A stretch of DNA of 64,000 nt from Eledone cirrhosa. Its lineage: Eukaryota. The stretch is taken from contig OZ024740.1 of assembly GCA_964016885.1 (NCBI GenBank), forward strand, positions 238,390,001 through 238,454,000, read 5' to 3'. The position numbers and the translations under genes are program-made. A model generated the notes under the pieces. It was given only the letters and a program-made list of their open reading frames with translations. It was not told the origin of the DNA and did not search any database. Below, piece by piece: positions 13,071 through 26,397 of this stretch (positions are counted from its first letter, which is position 1; each line of letters opens with the position of its first letter).

Positions 13071-15141
13071 TAATTACACACTTATGAGGTAGCCATAACT
13101 GTGAGTAATAAGTTCAGGCAGCTAAGAATAAATGTTCAGTTAGAAAAACTATTACAGGAGAAAGGTATTGTGAACTTTAATAACTAGTTAGACCACTTTG
13201 CAGTGTGCATGTGTTACTCTCTGAATATGAAATTTAATACAAATTCACTGGCTGAAGTACTTTACTATTAGATTAGTATCTCTGAAAAAGTATACAACTA
13301 TTAAATTAGTGTCTCTTTAAAATGTATACATTAATGAAACTAGTAGAAAAAAAGGAATCTATCTTGTACACACAGCATCTAATGGCTTGCTTCATAAGTC
13401 AACAAATGTATGTGAAAATGTCTCGCACACACACACATATATCCTTAGGTCAGTTAAAGCAATGACTGTGACACACTTGAATGGTTCACTCTAACAAAAC
13501 AGTACTTTCTGAACGTAATTATTGAACAGGCTTGTATTTGGCATGATTAAATCTTTTGTATCCTATTTGATATATCAATAGAAAATAATTTGACTTGGCA
13601 ATGTCTCCTCTTTTCAGATCTTAATATTCTATACTGATTGCCAACTGATACCAATTATTTCTGTAGATAACTTTCCAAGTTAATTTTCATTCCTGTCTTT
13701 ATACATCTCGGGTGTTATATGAATGTATGTACACATAAATGCATACATATACACACTTCTGTCTCTGTCTGTCTGCGTGGGTGTTGCAGTTTACTTGAAG
13801 CATTACAATAGAGAGAAAACTGTGTTGTAGGAGGATATAATAATGCAGTTTGAACTTTGAATAACAATGGCAAAGATATTGAAATATTTTTATTGCAACA
13901 CACTGCCTATAATTTTCAAATAATTTTGAAAATATCGAGAATTTAAAGAGATTTAGGAATATAACTAAATTTCTCATTAAGTTAACATTTGGAACATAAA
14001 GGTTCTAACAAAATTATGAAGGAAGGTTTTAAAACAAATGTAAACATTTTTAAACAAATAATTTTGTATTGTAGAAACAAGGGCAGTTTGGTATCAAAAG
14101 GGTTAATTAGTCCTGATAGTTATGCAAATATTCATGTCAACTGGAGGCATAAATGCAAAAGCTTGGAAGAATTTTATAAGAAAAGCATGTTCTACATTTT
14201 CAGTGTAGTGATACTGCTTGAGATTGAATTACTGTTCAAATTGGAAAAAAATGAAAATAGCTGCTGAGAAGTGATTTGAAAATGAATTAGATATAGCCAT
14301 TTCAGAATCATTGCCTTAGGTGAAATACTAGCTCCTTGCATTTTGATAATTTGAAGGATTTCATATTTATTACAAGTAACGGCATCAATTAGGGGACATT
14401 GTGAGATCCATTTACCAGAGCTTGTATGGTATATAACTGATCAGCTAGAGCAATATTAAATGTTCCATCATTAAACCAGTTGCAGCTTTGAGCAAGTAAA
14501 TCTAGGTTTCTTTGGGATTCAAAAATATAAAAATCATTTTTATCATCCTCTTTCAATAAAAATTCTTTTCTTGTTGTAATATGTAGCTTATCTACAAGAC
14601 CAACACTTTCAGGATTTTTGTGCTTTTGTTGAATAATCTACATCAAAGCAGTTTTTTTAAAACCATCAGCAGCTACCAATTTAAAACATTCTGTATCACA
14701 CCATGGATGATAGTTGATGTTAGTTCATTCAAGTTAGGAGTTCTTTTTCACATCCTAGATACCTTTTCTTTTCTTTCAATGTATACTGGATCTGGTACCT
14801 GATTATGATTAGTTGGCTGGTTTTTAATGGCAGTTCTGTCAGACGTTCATCTTTTATATGCCAAGTGTTTGTTTCATATATCCAGCATGAATTTAGTCTT
14901 GTTGTTAATGTATGAAAAGCTATTAGGTTTGCCCTTCTACTTAACACAAACTCCATTTTAGCTATGAGCAAATATAATTCATAATCAAGTAGACATGAGA
15001 TGAAAAAGGGAACTGTGTATTGTATATCTGATTGGTTTCTAGTGAACTTTCATCACATTGGCAAATATTTAAACAAAATTAACTCCCTCAGCTTGCTTGT
15101 TTTGTGCATTACAAGACTAATTTTTATTGGTTGGGGGTCAG

Positions 15142-15205
15142 GGCTATTTTAAACTAATCGGTGATCAATCTACTTTTGTTTGATCACTGATTAGTTTGAT
15201 TGGTT
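15142..15205. other. Stem-loop (18-bp core stem, 11-nt loop)
   Basis: AAACTAATCGGTGATCAA (15151-15168) pairs with TTGATCACTGATTAGTTT (15180-15197) with one G-U. Confidence 0.8.
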
Positions 15206-15209
15206 GGAA

Positions 15210-15986
15210 AAATATAAGTTGGGCCACACATTTTAATGTAGAGGACAGGTCACATTATTAAAATTGTATTGAAAGCTAAGTTGACATTACTTGGACATTT
15301 CTTCATAAATTAAGGATATTGTTTTTAATGGGCTTGTTTAACCTGACATGGGTTTTCTTGTCTCAATCAACCATATTTGTTGGAGGTGTAATAACTTCCT
15401 GATATAAAAGATTTATAAAGTTTCCTTTGCTTTTCTCTATTTTGTATATGTCAATCTGTTTAGTGGATGACTGAAAAACTGTCTATTAATATCCACATTG
15501 TAATTGTTGCTTACATTTAACAATTACAGCTTTCTATTTAAGGTTATGACTCATGTTCTATACTGTTGGTTTGTAGCAATAGTTGTTTTCCATTCCAAAT
15601 ATAAGTTGGGCCACACATTTTAATGTAGAGGACAGGTCACATTATTAAAATTGTATTGAAAGCTAAGTTGACATTACTTGGACATTTCTTCATAAATTAA
15701 GGATATTGTTTTTAATGGGCTTGTTTAACCTGACATGGGTTTTCTTGTCTCAATCAACCATATTTGTTGGAGGTGTAATAACTTCCTGATATAAAAGATT
15801 TATAAAGTTTCCTTTGCTTTTCTCTATTTTGTATATGTCAATCTGTTTAGTGGATGACTGAAAAACTGTCTATTAATATCCACATTGTAATTGTTGCTTA
15901 CATTTAACAATTACAGCTTTCTATTTAAGGTTATGACTCATGTTCTATACTGTTGGTTTGTAGCAATAGTTGTTTTCCATTCCAAA
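15210..15986. repeat. Direct tandem duplication, 387-bp unit x2
   Basis: AAATATAAGTTGGGCCACAC starts at 15210 and 15597. The copies look identical by eye, with AAA microhomology at the junction. Confidence 0.95.
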
Positions 15987-17699
15987 CATCAAGCACACAC
16001 TGCTCTGAATATTATCTTGTGAATGTTTTATTATTATCATTGTTATTATAACCAAGCCACAAACTTAGCACTAAATTTATTAGTTCTGGTTGAAATGTAT
16101 AGTTACTAATTCTTTCATCTGGAAATGAATTTGAAGATTAAAATCCTTTACATTAAGACATTTCTTTTAGCTTTTCTTTTTGAGTAAAAGCCAAATTGTA
16201 TTTTCTTTTAAAGATCATAAAATCAAGATTTAAATGCTTTAGAGATTTTACAGCTGATAGAGGAAGTCTGTAAATGTTGATGTTTGTAATGTCTTTTCTG
16301 TATAATTAAAGGCAATTTTAAATTTAACTTTTCCATTACTATATTTCTAGTGAAACACTTTGCCTATGACTCTCAATTAATTTTGAAGGATTTAGTTATA
16401 TAATAAACTTTCTCGTTATAAGTTTGTTTTTAGAACATAACTTATAATATTTTTACAAAAAAATTATGATGAAAGGTTTAAATTGAATTATGAACAGTTT
16501 AAGACAGTTTTTCATCATAGAATCAGAGGTCAAAAATGATATTGTTTTGATTTGACAATCTCCTTAAATATTGATTCCAGTTAGTATTTGGGATTTGCTG
16601 ACTTGTTAGCATCACTTCTTTAAAAGCATTGTATGAATGGCTTCTTGTTGATGACATTTTATTTTTAGATTCTCTTGTCTTAAAATGATCTTATTTATTG
16701 TCTTTAAATGGAGTCTGATGCTTTGTCTTTCCAAAACAGTTGCTGTATGAGTAAAATGGCATAATTTTCTTAATTGCTGAGTTTCTTGAAAATATTCCAA
16801 ATTAGATAACTAAGATATAGGGAGGATAGAGATGTAGGAATACTATCACCACCCCCACTTGCATGCACATCCAAGGAATTGGATTGGTGAAACACCTACA
16901 TCTGAATGAAATTTCATCAGTTGGCTGTCTCAGATATTTCGCTTCAGTAACAATTTCTATCAGATGTAAAAGCAAGTGGTTAGGTGTGAAATTTTCAGAA
17001 GACAGTTTATTTTTACAAGAATTTAAAACAAACTGTTTCGGTTCATTAGGTCACATAAATCAAATGTTTCCTTTCTCTTCAACTATCAGATCTGTATTAT
17101 ATTGATATTCCGGCTGCATGAACGACATCTAATTTGCGAGAGTGTTTTTAGGAGGTCACTTCTCACTACTGTAATAGTTGCAGACTCACATTAGTCAATC
17201 TTACAAGTGGAATACATCTTTCAGTTTTTTGAATGAAAGTCTAATCTGATTTCTAAAAGTTCTAGATCTAATGCCTGTAGCAATAAAGCTAAACTGAGAT
17301 TTACATAAACCCCACTTCATCATAGTTGTTAGAGAAAACTGATCTTTCTTTTGACATATAATAATGAAAATTGTGTAGTGTTCAGGTGCACTACAACTTA
17401 TCAAAAGTGCATGGTAAGAATGGTTTCACTTTCTACATTTTTCTTTGAAGTGGAACTGTCTACCCCAACTTCATTCCTATTCTATTACTCTAATACTCTG
17501 TTTTAAATCAAACCATATAGAATGGCAGTAAAGTGAAATAATAGAACACAGAAATATGTGCACATACATAAGCCATATTAAAATAATGTCATAATTTCAT
17601 GAGTAGATAAAATAAAAGCTGCCCAAACGTTTCTATCATTGGCTTTTTGCTGAATTGCGGTGACTTTTGTATTCAGTTCTTTTGTGACCATTCTTTGTC

Positions 17700-18250
17700 T
17701 CTTGTGGTGACCTCTTGGTAGTTGATGTAGCAGAAGACACTCAGCGTGGAAATTACTAAATGGATGCCGGATTTGATTACCAATCGATGGCAATCGCCAG
17801 TTTCGTATCTGAGCATTGAGATGTGACTGCTCTATGCGTGTGAACATTTCTGCATTTGTTATGCGATCTTGGTTTGTTACGCCACAGATGTGCAGACAAT
17901 TTGTGTGTAAATGTGTTCAGTGCTTGTTTTTGCGTATGCATGATCCATGTCTCACAGCCATAAAGAAAGACTGGCAGACATAGTGTATTATACATCTGTA
18001 ACTTCATATAAATACTGATGCTGGCTTTCCAAATTTGTCAATAGTCCTTCATTGACTTATAGGCTAATGCTCCTGTGAAGTATGTCTTCCTCATCAGTAC
18101 AATTACAGCTGATGACCTTTGAGCCTAAGCAGATGAAACTAACAGTTCTGAGTTTAGCATTATTTGCAAATATTCCATTATCGTTGTCATTGCAAAATTT
18201 AGCTGGATTAAATACCTTGCAGTATTTAGTTTTTATGTTGAGTTCAATTC
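17700..18250 (-). mobile_element. RTE-clade LINE reverse transcriptase C-terminal fragment
   Basis: FICLGSKV (FxYLGS motif) and KLQMYNTLCLPVFLYGCETW, with frameshifts. Confidence 0.8.
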
Positions 18251-20279
18251 ATATATAGATTGGTTGAATTTCCCCATCATCCTTTTGTGATTAAGATATA
18301 TATTTTGATAAATTTAACATTTTCTTATAAATTATTTAAGTGTGTTACTTATGTCATTCTAACAAAAAATATTTTGCAAATCTTTAAGGATATTCCTCTG
18401 TTAGATTTTCAGCATTATTTCATCTTGTATTGTGTGAAGTCTTTCAGATAGAATGTCAAAACTATATTAACCTTAGTTTCCATTCCTGATTAGTCAAATT
18501 TGGCTGTTCCTCTCCTTATATGAGCAAGATGTAATCACTTAACCTATCTAGCCTCATAACATGACAACCCATCTAACCCATAAAAGCATAAAAAGTCTGT
18601 TTTTAATCATTGTCATCACTTCAGTTTTTTTTCTTCAGTTTTTTTCTTGAACCTTTCCAGTCTACAAATCTATCTGATATTAACAAATGATTACATATTC
18701 CTGAAAGTCATTCGGCATTATTTACTAAATACATTGATTAAAATTTACCAAAATCATTCAATGTTTATACAGTAAAATTAGTTTAGTATTAATGCCTAAG
18801 CTTGTGAGATAAGCTATGCTGATAATTAATATTAACTTCATATATGTTTCCCTTTATGCAATATTTCAATCATTTCTATCTACCATTGTTATCAGATATT
18901 TTATTCCTAAATGTCTACACTGTCTCCAGTTGAATTTGAACTTTTATTTCATTCAGAAATAAATATTCAGTTCTAATACATCTAATGTCAAGCAGTAATC
19001 AAAATATGTGAAAACATGAGAGATAAGATTAGATAGATATTTGAGAAAACTAAATAAATTTCCAGAAAATAAACAAATCTTTCTTTTCTAGTAAGGTTTG
19101 AATTGCATGACATTAGTGCTGAAGTTTACACCAAATTTAGTTGAATATGTAAGAAGCTTCAAAGTTCAATGTTCTGAATTTAAAAATCACTTAAATGTAT
19201 TTAATAAAAAGTTCTAAAACAAATACTAAAAAATTACATTATAATATTGGTGCAATTTATAATTCCATAGGAAACTCAAAACATTACATCTCTTAGTAAT
19301 CTAAAAATGACTACTATTAATGATGATGATAATATTGATAGTAATTACGTAACATTTGTCAGTATTTAACAAAGGCTAGTCTTATATTGACTACTCAGTA
19401 CTTCTATTAGCTATATTGTCTGTGTGATGCTACCCACCCAACCATAAGTTGTATCACTGACTGTTCAGTTTATCATTCAACAGAATTGTTCATAGCAAAC
19501 TGAATTTAGTAAAGAAAACTAAGTACCTTAAATAAAAGCATTTATCTAGGAATGATTTGGGTACAGAAACTGTCACTGTTGCTCACTCACATTCTCCTTT
19601 TTCAACCAATACAATTACAATTATAATGTCTGATGTCTTAGGGTCAATGTTCTGTGTTTGCTTCATTCAATGACATTCTTTTGATCTGTGATATTTATTT
19701 TGAAGATTGCAATAAATCCCTGGTCTTTTCATTAAACACATTCAGCATTTGTCTTCAGCTCATTGTTTGTTTTTCATTTTTCTACAATTTAATAAGGAAA
19801 CCCTTAAATAGTTGCTAGAAATAGCAGCCAAATTGCTCTTTCAAAGAAAAGATACATTAGACAGTAGTATGTGGAATGTCTTCTACCAAAGGTTTGCTTC
19901 ATCAGGGTTGTGACTGAATGCTTACGAGTTGAATTTCCTAAGCAGACTTCCATATTTTAGGTAAAAATATCTGATTCTGAAAATAAATATTCTACTTTTT
20001 AGGTCAGTCACTGAAAAAAAATTATTTCCTGTACCCAACACAGTGAGATGTTAAATTGAATTTCAATCAATTGTTTTATTTCGGTCATTACCCAAGATTC
20101 ATGACCATGGGTAAGGATAGACACCAATACCGACTTGGTGTAATAATGCACTCACTATACTCAATTCTTGCATCTAATTATGCAAAAAAGAGAGATAACT
20201 GTAAAAATCAAACTCCTTATCTTTAATTCAGTATTAGTGCCTACTCTTAACTTTAGTCATAAATCTTGCGTAATGGCTG

Positions 20280-20645
20280 AAAGAATACAAGTAGTCAAAA
20301 TGGGAGTATCTCAAAGGTTCTCTAGGGTAAAGTTTTCAATAAGATGAATAGCTCCAGGTAGAGCCACTACTCTGCATCGAGAGATCACTGCTCTAGTACA
20401 AAAGACATCTAATTAGAATGTCTCAGGAAAGAATTGCAGGACAGATTTTACAAGCAAAGCCAACCAACAGGAGGCCAAAAGGTAGACCACGAGCAAAATG
20501 GTTGGATGACAAACATTTATAACCTTGGTTGGTCTCGCTTGGAGATATAGACGGATAGTTCCAATTTGGGTCTCTATAAGGCGTGTCTGGGAGCTCTTCC
20601 CCTGCGGCCCTCTCAGGAGTAAGTTGGCAAAGGAACATTTTGACC
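20280..20645 (+). mobile_element. RTE-like LINE 3' fragment
   Basis: RILQAKPTNRRPKGRPRAKWLDD (RPxGRPxxxWxD motif) near 20440-20510. Confidence 0.7.
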
Positions 20646-21760
20646 AGGCAGTTCTTTAATCTAATCAACATTCTTGCTGCAAGTTCTCAGGAGCAGAATT
20701 ATAACTACTCAGTGTTGTGATTAAATATCGTTTTAGCAATTAGATTCCAGTTACGCAAATAAGCACCAGTCAAGTAATGAACTTAATTAAATCAATCAAA
20801 CAATACATTTAACTTGTGTTAACATTAACTGTCATTAAAACAATGTTGGTGTTACTGTTGTTAGAAACTATTGTTAATAATCCAAGGGAAGCAACTTAAA
20901 AATAAATATTGTAAGGAGGGCTAGAATGACCTCCCTTGAAAATTCAGTAACGCACTAAAACTTTTTCATGGTTCACTTGGGAAAACAGATTAGATCGTTG
21001 GTGTCGATAACTTTTAGTGAATCGTGGTGTTTGCATTTAACGAGGGGTGGGGGACAATTCTCGCAAGATTATTTTCCTTTTCAATACTAATATTGGAAAT
21101 AAGAGCTTATTATTAATATTCCTTTTTAAAAAAAATATTTCTAACAGTAATATTTCATCTAAAAAAAATATTTTCTGATTTAATCACTATTTATGACGCA
21201 GTCACGGGGGTTTATGGTTCAGTTGTTCATTTTGCAGCTACATAGTCTTGAGTTCTATCCCACTATGCGACACCTTCGACAAGTATCTACTATAGCCTTC
21301 TTTTCTAGTTACTTAGTATAGTTCTCTGCTTCCACCATTGTTTTCTTTGCCTTTCACATCACCATCAGTGGAGTGCTGAAATAAAGACCTTGACTTATTT
21401 TAGAATCAACAGAAGAACATGAAGAAACAACTAAAAGGATTGGTGTCAGGATGAGTATCTGGCTGTAAAACATTACTGCAAAAAATACCATCCAACCAAT
21501 ATCAGCATGGAAAAATCTGTAAAAAAAACAATGGTGATCATGATGTCACTTGAACCTCTGATTGTAGAGTGGCAATTTGTCTTTAATTTTATCAGTCAAT
21601 TCTTTACTCCTATCTACATTCACTGCCTTTGACCATCCATCACCATTAGTAGTTGTTTCTTAACAGGTAACAAAACTAAAGTTATATTTAGCTTCCTGAA
21701 CCTGAATCGTCACTGCCAATTCTTGCTTCAGATGTGCCTTTAGTATTATTGCATCTACAC

Positions 21761-23064
21761 CAGTGTTTCTCAACCTTTTTTTTTATACCCCCCCCCTCCC
21801 CCCGGCCCACTTTTAGCTCCCGAAAAACGTCTGGGCCCACTTATTTTACAAGCGTAAACTAGTGCTCAAAAACTATTCCGGACTATAACCCCCCCCATAT
21901 ATACTAATGCTTCTCAATCTTTTTGTTCTGCCGGCCCCCTTTGCTCCCTAGAAATTGCCAGGGTCAGTGCTCAAAGTGCATTCTGGAACACTTACCTCCA
22001 TATGATCCCGACTGCATTTAAATTTCACGAGTGAAGAACACAAATTCTTGATAAAAAGTCAATAAAAAAAATAAGAAAAAATTTAATGGTCGTTTTAACA
22101 ATGCTCAAATGCTCAGTGCTAGTGGCTGCACTGCTCCTGATGTCTTTCAACAAGACTGTCGATTTGGACTTCAAAGTATTGGTTCAACTTGAGCTGCAAA
22201 TCTCCCCGGTTGATGGTTTGAAGGTTTCTTTTTCTCAAAAAAATATCATTTAGCGTGGAAAAACCAAATTCAACAAGCCACGTTGTAGGAAAAGAGAGAA
22301 TAAAAGGAAAGGCTTGATCATAAAGGTTTGGAAATATTTTTTCCACATTAAGCCAGCCGAGAAGGCCCTCGCGTTCCATTTTTCCCATCAATAGCGCATT
22401 CTCTTTCAGTTCCAGCAAGTCGACTGCAAGATTAGGATCCAGAGTTTCGTCGCTAATAACATCAAAGTTTTGAATGTCCAACAGCCACTGTGGGGGCTTC
22501 ATGTCCAGTATTTCATGAAATCGTTGTTTGAAATCAGTTTGTAAATTTCTAATAAAGTGACTAAAGATTAAAACAAATGTAATATATTTTTTAGGGTTAT
22601 GGTTGGGTTAGGGTTGAATTTCCCCTTAACCCTAACCGTAAATTTATTACATTTATTTTAGTCACTTTACAGATATAAACAACGGGAGTAACTTTCGTTG
22701 GGGTTCACCGGGCAAAATTAATTCAGTAACTCAAGACGAAATGTAAAAACTTCAACTCAATTTCATTTCTATTGCACCCACATTTATAGCGTCCGAGATT
22801 TCAGGAACAGACATGCCTTGAGTCTGCACAGGTGTGCATGAATGTGCAAGAACGCAGACATATGCAGGTGTCTGCGTTATTGCACCCCCAAATAATGCAG
22901 GTCAACTTAAGTCATGTGATTTTATCACAGAACATTCAGACTTAAAAAAAGGTTGTCATTTTGTGTGATCTTAAGTTCCAAGAAAGTCTGAAAAAATTTC
23001 CAGGCCCACTGAAATTTCTCTGGGCCCATTGAGTGGGCCCTTGGCCCACTGTTGAGAACCACTG
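21761..23064 (-). mobile_element. Non-autonomous hAT (Charlie/Buster-type) transposon with intact ends
   Basis: TIRs CAGTGTTTCTCAAC / GTTGAGAACCACTG. Perfect 8-bp TSD ATCTACAC at 21753-21760 and 23065-23072 (NTCTANAN-type target). GGGCCCA subterminal motifs. Confidence 0.95.
22119..22550 (-). pseudogene. hAT transposase C-terminal (dimerization-domain) remnant
   Basis: RNLQTDFKQRFHEILDMKPPQW...FPNLYDQAFPFILSFPTTWLVEFGFSTLNDIFLRKRNL...GDLQLKL...QEQCSH*, Buster/SCAND3/ZBED8-like. The N-terminal and catalytic parts are missing. Confidence 0.88.
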
Positions 23065-23239
23065 ATCTACACCTACATTATATATTTCCCAGTTATTTAC
23101 ACTCATTCCAGACACTTCTTTCTTTAACACCTCTATTAATCACTTATTTGCAACAGCAGCCTCTTTGGATTTTCTTAATAAACCTGCTGTTTTGGGGGTC
23201 CCTTTGTAACTTTTGGATTTGAAATTGCCTTTTTCTATG

Positions 23240-25250
23240 AGTTGGTATGGTGGTGGAACAGTACTATAGATAGGGTCATAAAAGCTATGGGGCAGGCTTG
23301 GAAGGCTGGGAGTAGCAAGGAATTATACCAAGTGGTTAGAGAAGCTAGACATCAGGTCTATAGAACAAGAGGAGAGGCTAAAAGATTGAGGTTTTCTAAT
23401 GTTCTGCATCATAAGGATCAGAGATATTAGGTGTTCTGGATTGCAAGATAGTGTACCAGGGAGAAACAAGATGTGGGAGAGAAGTTTGTACTGACTCCAA
23501 AATAAAGATGTACGGAAGTGTTGCTACAAGAGGTTTTTGAATGAGGAGAATGCATGGGAGAGTGAGTATCTGTCCCAAGTAGATTCAACTGAGCAATCAT
23601 CCATCAAAGTTGACAGCATTATGGTAGATAAAACAATTAAAAATATGAAAGTAGGAAAAGCAGCCAGTCCATCAGGGATTGTTGCTGTGTTGAGTAAGCT
23701 ATCTGGTGAAGTAGGTGATAAGATAATCACTCACATAGTTAACCACCTAGTGCAGGATGATGCCATACCCTATGACTGGTGTAGCACCAATGTTGTCAAC
23801 TGCTGCAAAAGAAATGTACTAAACATATGAAACTACTGAGGCATCAAACTGTTGGATCAGATTATAAAATTCACAAACAGAATTAATTTTTATGAAATGC
23901 AATTTGACTTTGTACCCTCGAAAAACACCAACCAGGCCAGCTGCAGAAGTACCTAGCTTAGAGTAAGTCACTATATTTAACATTTGTCTACCTGGAAAAG
24001 GCCTTTGACAGTATCCCATGTTCTGTAATTTGGTAGTCACTTAGGAAGCTGGGGATAGAAGAATGGCTTGTGAGAGCTGTACAGACCATGTTCAGAGAAA
24101 TACAACAAGCAATAAGTACAGTGAAGAATTTAGTGTGCAAGTGAGATTCTGCCAAGACTCAGTACTCAACCCCTTCCTCCAAGCCATAATAGATGAATTC
24201 AAGACTGGTGTACGTGGGAGCACTTATATGCTGATGATCTAGCCCTTGTAGCTGAAATGATGAAAGAACTAGAAAAATTCCAGACATGGAAGAAAAACCT
24301 ACAACCAAGAGGGCCTTGAAATAAACCTAGCAAAGACTAATGTAAACAGGAAAGAGAATAAGACTGCTCTCTTCAAGAAAAGGGCCATGTTCAGTATGTA
24401 GAAATGGAGTGGATAGGAATTCCACACTGTGTAGACTGGGAACACATAAGAGATGTAGTGGAATGAAAGGTAAGTTGACAGGAAGGGTAAATTTTATATG
24501 TGGTAGATACACAGTGTTCAACAGTAAGGGTATTCAAGAAGTAAACCTTCTCAAAAAGTCAGAATGTTCACTGGAAGTTGTAGAAAACTTCTGCTAACTA
24601 GGTGATCTCATTAGTAGTGGAGGTGAGTGCACCAAAAGTGTTGTAGCCAGAGTGAGAACGAAGTGGAAGAAGTTCAGGGGGCTGTTACATGTTGCTTGTG
24701 TTTATACTACAATGCTATACAGCAGTAAGATATGGACTTTGAGTGTAGAATGGTGGTGGTGGTGGCTAAAAAACAAAATGAAGCAAGCCTGCTTCATTGG
24801 ATGTGTAATGTTAGTGTGCATGAATAACAGCACAAGAGAACTGAAAGAAAAGTTGAGTATAAGAGGAATTAAGTGTAGTATACAAGAGAGATTATTGAAC
24901 AGATATGAACATGTAATGTATAAGGAGATGAAAGTTGTGCAAAAAAGTGCCGAGCACTTGAAATGGGTGGAACTTGTAGAAGAGGGAGACCAAAGAGCAC
25001 ATGGGATGAAGCTGTGAAGAATAACTGCAAAAAACAACCTCACAAAAGTGATGACACAGGACTGAGTAAACTGACAATATGCAACAGTACAAAGGACCCC
25101 TCCACCAGTACAAGCACTGTGACACTAAAAATATATATGGTGAGAGACCAAAGGCCCCAGTCTATATAACCATATGACATCTTTAGTGCTGGTGCCACGA
25201 TAAAATGCACCCAGTCCACTTTGTGTCATGATAAAACACACCCAGTCTGT
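23240..25250 (+). mobile_element. RTE-clade LINE, 5'-truncated, decayed RT plus 3' tail
   Basis: MKVGKAASPSGIVA, LEKAFD-like segment (~23990), LYADDLAL (YADD 24227-24238), FC*LGD, RGRPKSTW. Tail GTGCTGGTGCCACGATAAAATGCACCCAGT. Many stops. Confidence 0.9.
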
Positions 25251-25264
25251 CAGGATTTAACTAA

Positions 25265-25690
25265 AAATCAATTTTTAATGTATCATCAGCCCTGTCCTCT
25301 ATGCAACTGAGTCATACACCATCACAAAGACACTAGAGAAGAAAATTAATACCTTTCAAACTCAGTGACTGAGAATGATATTTAACATCAGTAGAACAGA
25401 CTATGTCACCAATCAATATGTATACAAGCAAACAAGTACTTCCCCACTAGTTAATACAGTGACTTATAGGCAGTTATCGTTCATTGGACATTCTATTAGA
25501 AACAGCAAGAAACATTTGATTCAGCAATACAGTTTGTATGTCCCACAACATAAGCAAAGAAACAGAGGCAGACAAAAACTAAACTATGTAAAATATACTG
25601 CTAGTTGTTTTAGTGATGATGTCTGACTTAAGTGAAATACATGAAGCTGCAAGAGACAAAGTGGCATGAAGATCTATTGCCAGGCCACCT
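25265..25690 (+). mobile_element. Second LINE C-terminal fragment (RTE-like)
   Basis: LYATESYT, RQLSFIGHSIR, RNRGRQKLNY motifs. Confidence 0.75.
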
Positions 25691-25856
25691 ATCATTTTTC
25701 CACACCGGTATGCAATGGACCCGACTTAGTGTTTTTGTGTGTATTGAAATTTAATTGAAAACTACTAAAAATAAATCTGAATGTCTTCATAAGCTTATCT
25801 TTTTCTTTGTTTCTCATCCTTTTGTTTTTTTCTTCTATGAAAATTTAGCTATTTAA

Positions 25857-26040
25857 CCCTTTGCTATTATATTTTCATGGTAAAGGCTTTACCTCACATA
25901 ATTATCTCGCATAATATTGAATCTATGAGATTTTGATATTATTTATTCTGAGAACAATACGAGTGGCTGGTTATGGCCGGTTTGAACAGAGAGAGGTGAG
26001 AGAATTCTGGCCAGATACGCCCAGTTTAGATGCTAAAGGT
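25857..26040. mobile_element. piggyBac-like TTAA MITE, copy 2
   Basis: TTAA flanks at 25853-25856 and 26041-26044. Internal similarity to 1292-1503 (GGTGAGAGAATTCTGGC). Confidence 0.75.
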
Positions 26041-26208
26041 TTAAATGTAAATTATAAAAGCATTTTGTTTCTTATTTAAACCATTGATTACTTGTGTTTG
26101 TGAAATATATCTATACAATATAAGTGTATCTCATGATAGTTCAACATTTTAATATACTGTCCACTGTGGTATCTCTTATATAAAGCTGTTTTATTATTAG
26201 TGATATAT

Positions 26209-26397
26209 AAGGGCGGTGGATTGGCAGTATCGGTAGAGGGTCAGACGCCATGCTTTGATGCATTGAGTTACGGCCCTTGCCATTCTGAGTTCAAATCCCG
26301 CCGAGGTTAACTTTGTCTTTCATCCTTACGGGCTCAATAAAATAAAGTACCAGTAATACACTGGGTAATTGCTGGCCTTGTGCCAAAAGTAGAAACA
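26209..26397 (+). mobile_element. Young tRNA-derived SINE with 16-bp TSD
   Basis: A box TGGCAGTATCGG, B box GAGTTCAAATCC. TSD ATTATTAGTGATATAT at 26193-26208 and 26398-26413. Confidence 0.92.

Noticed and set aside
23242-25169. Cluster of short ORFs as host genes or an active RT
   Set aside because: Frameshifted, stop-riddled pieces of one RTE LINE.
26209-26310. tRNA genes at A/B-box sites
   Set aside because: No cloverleaf. They are SINE heads with tails and TSDs.
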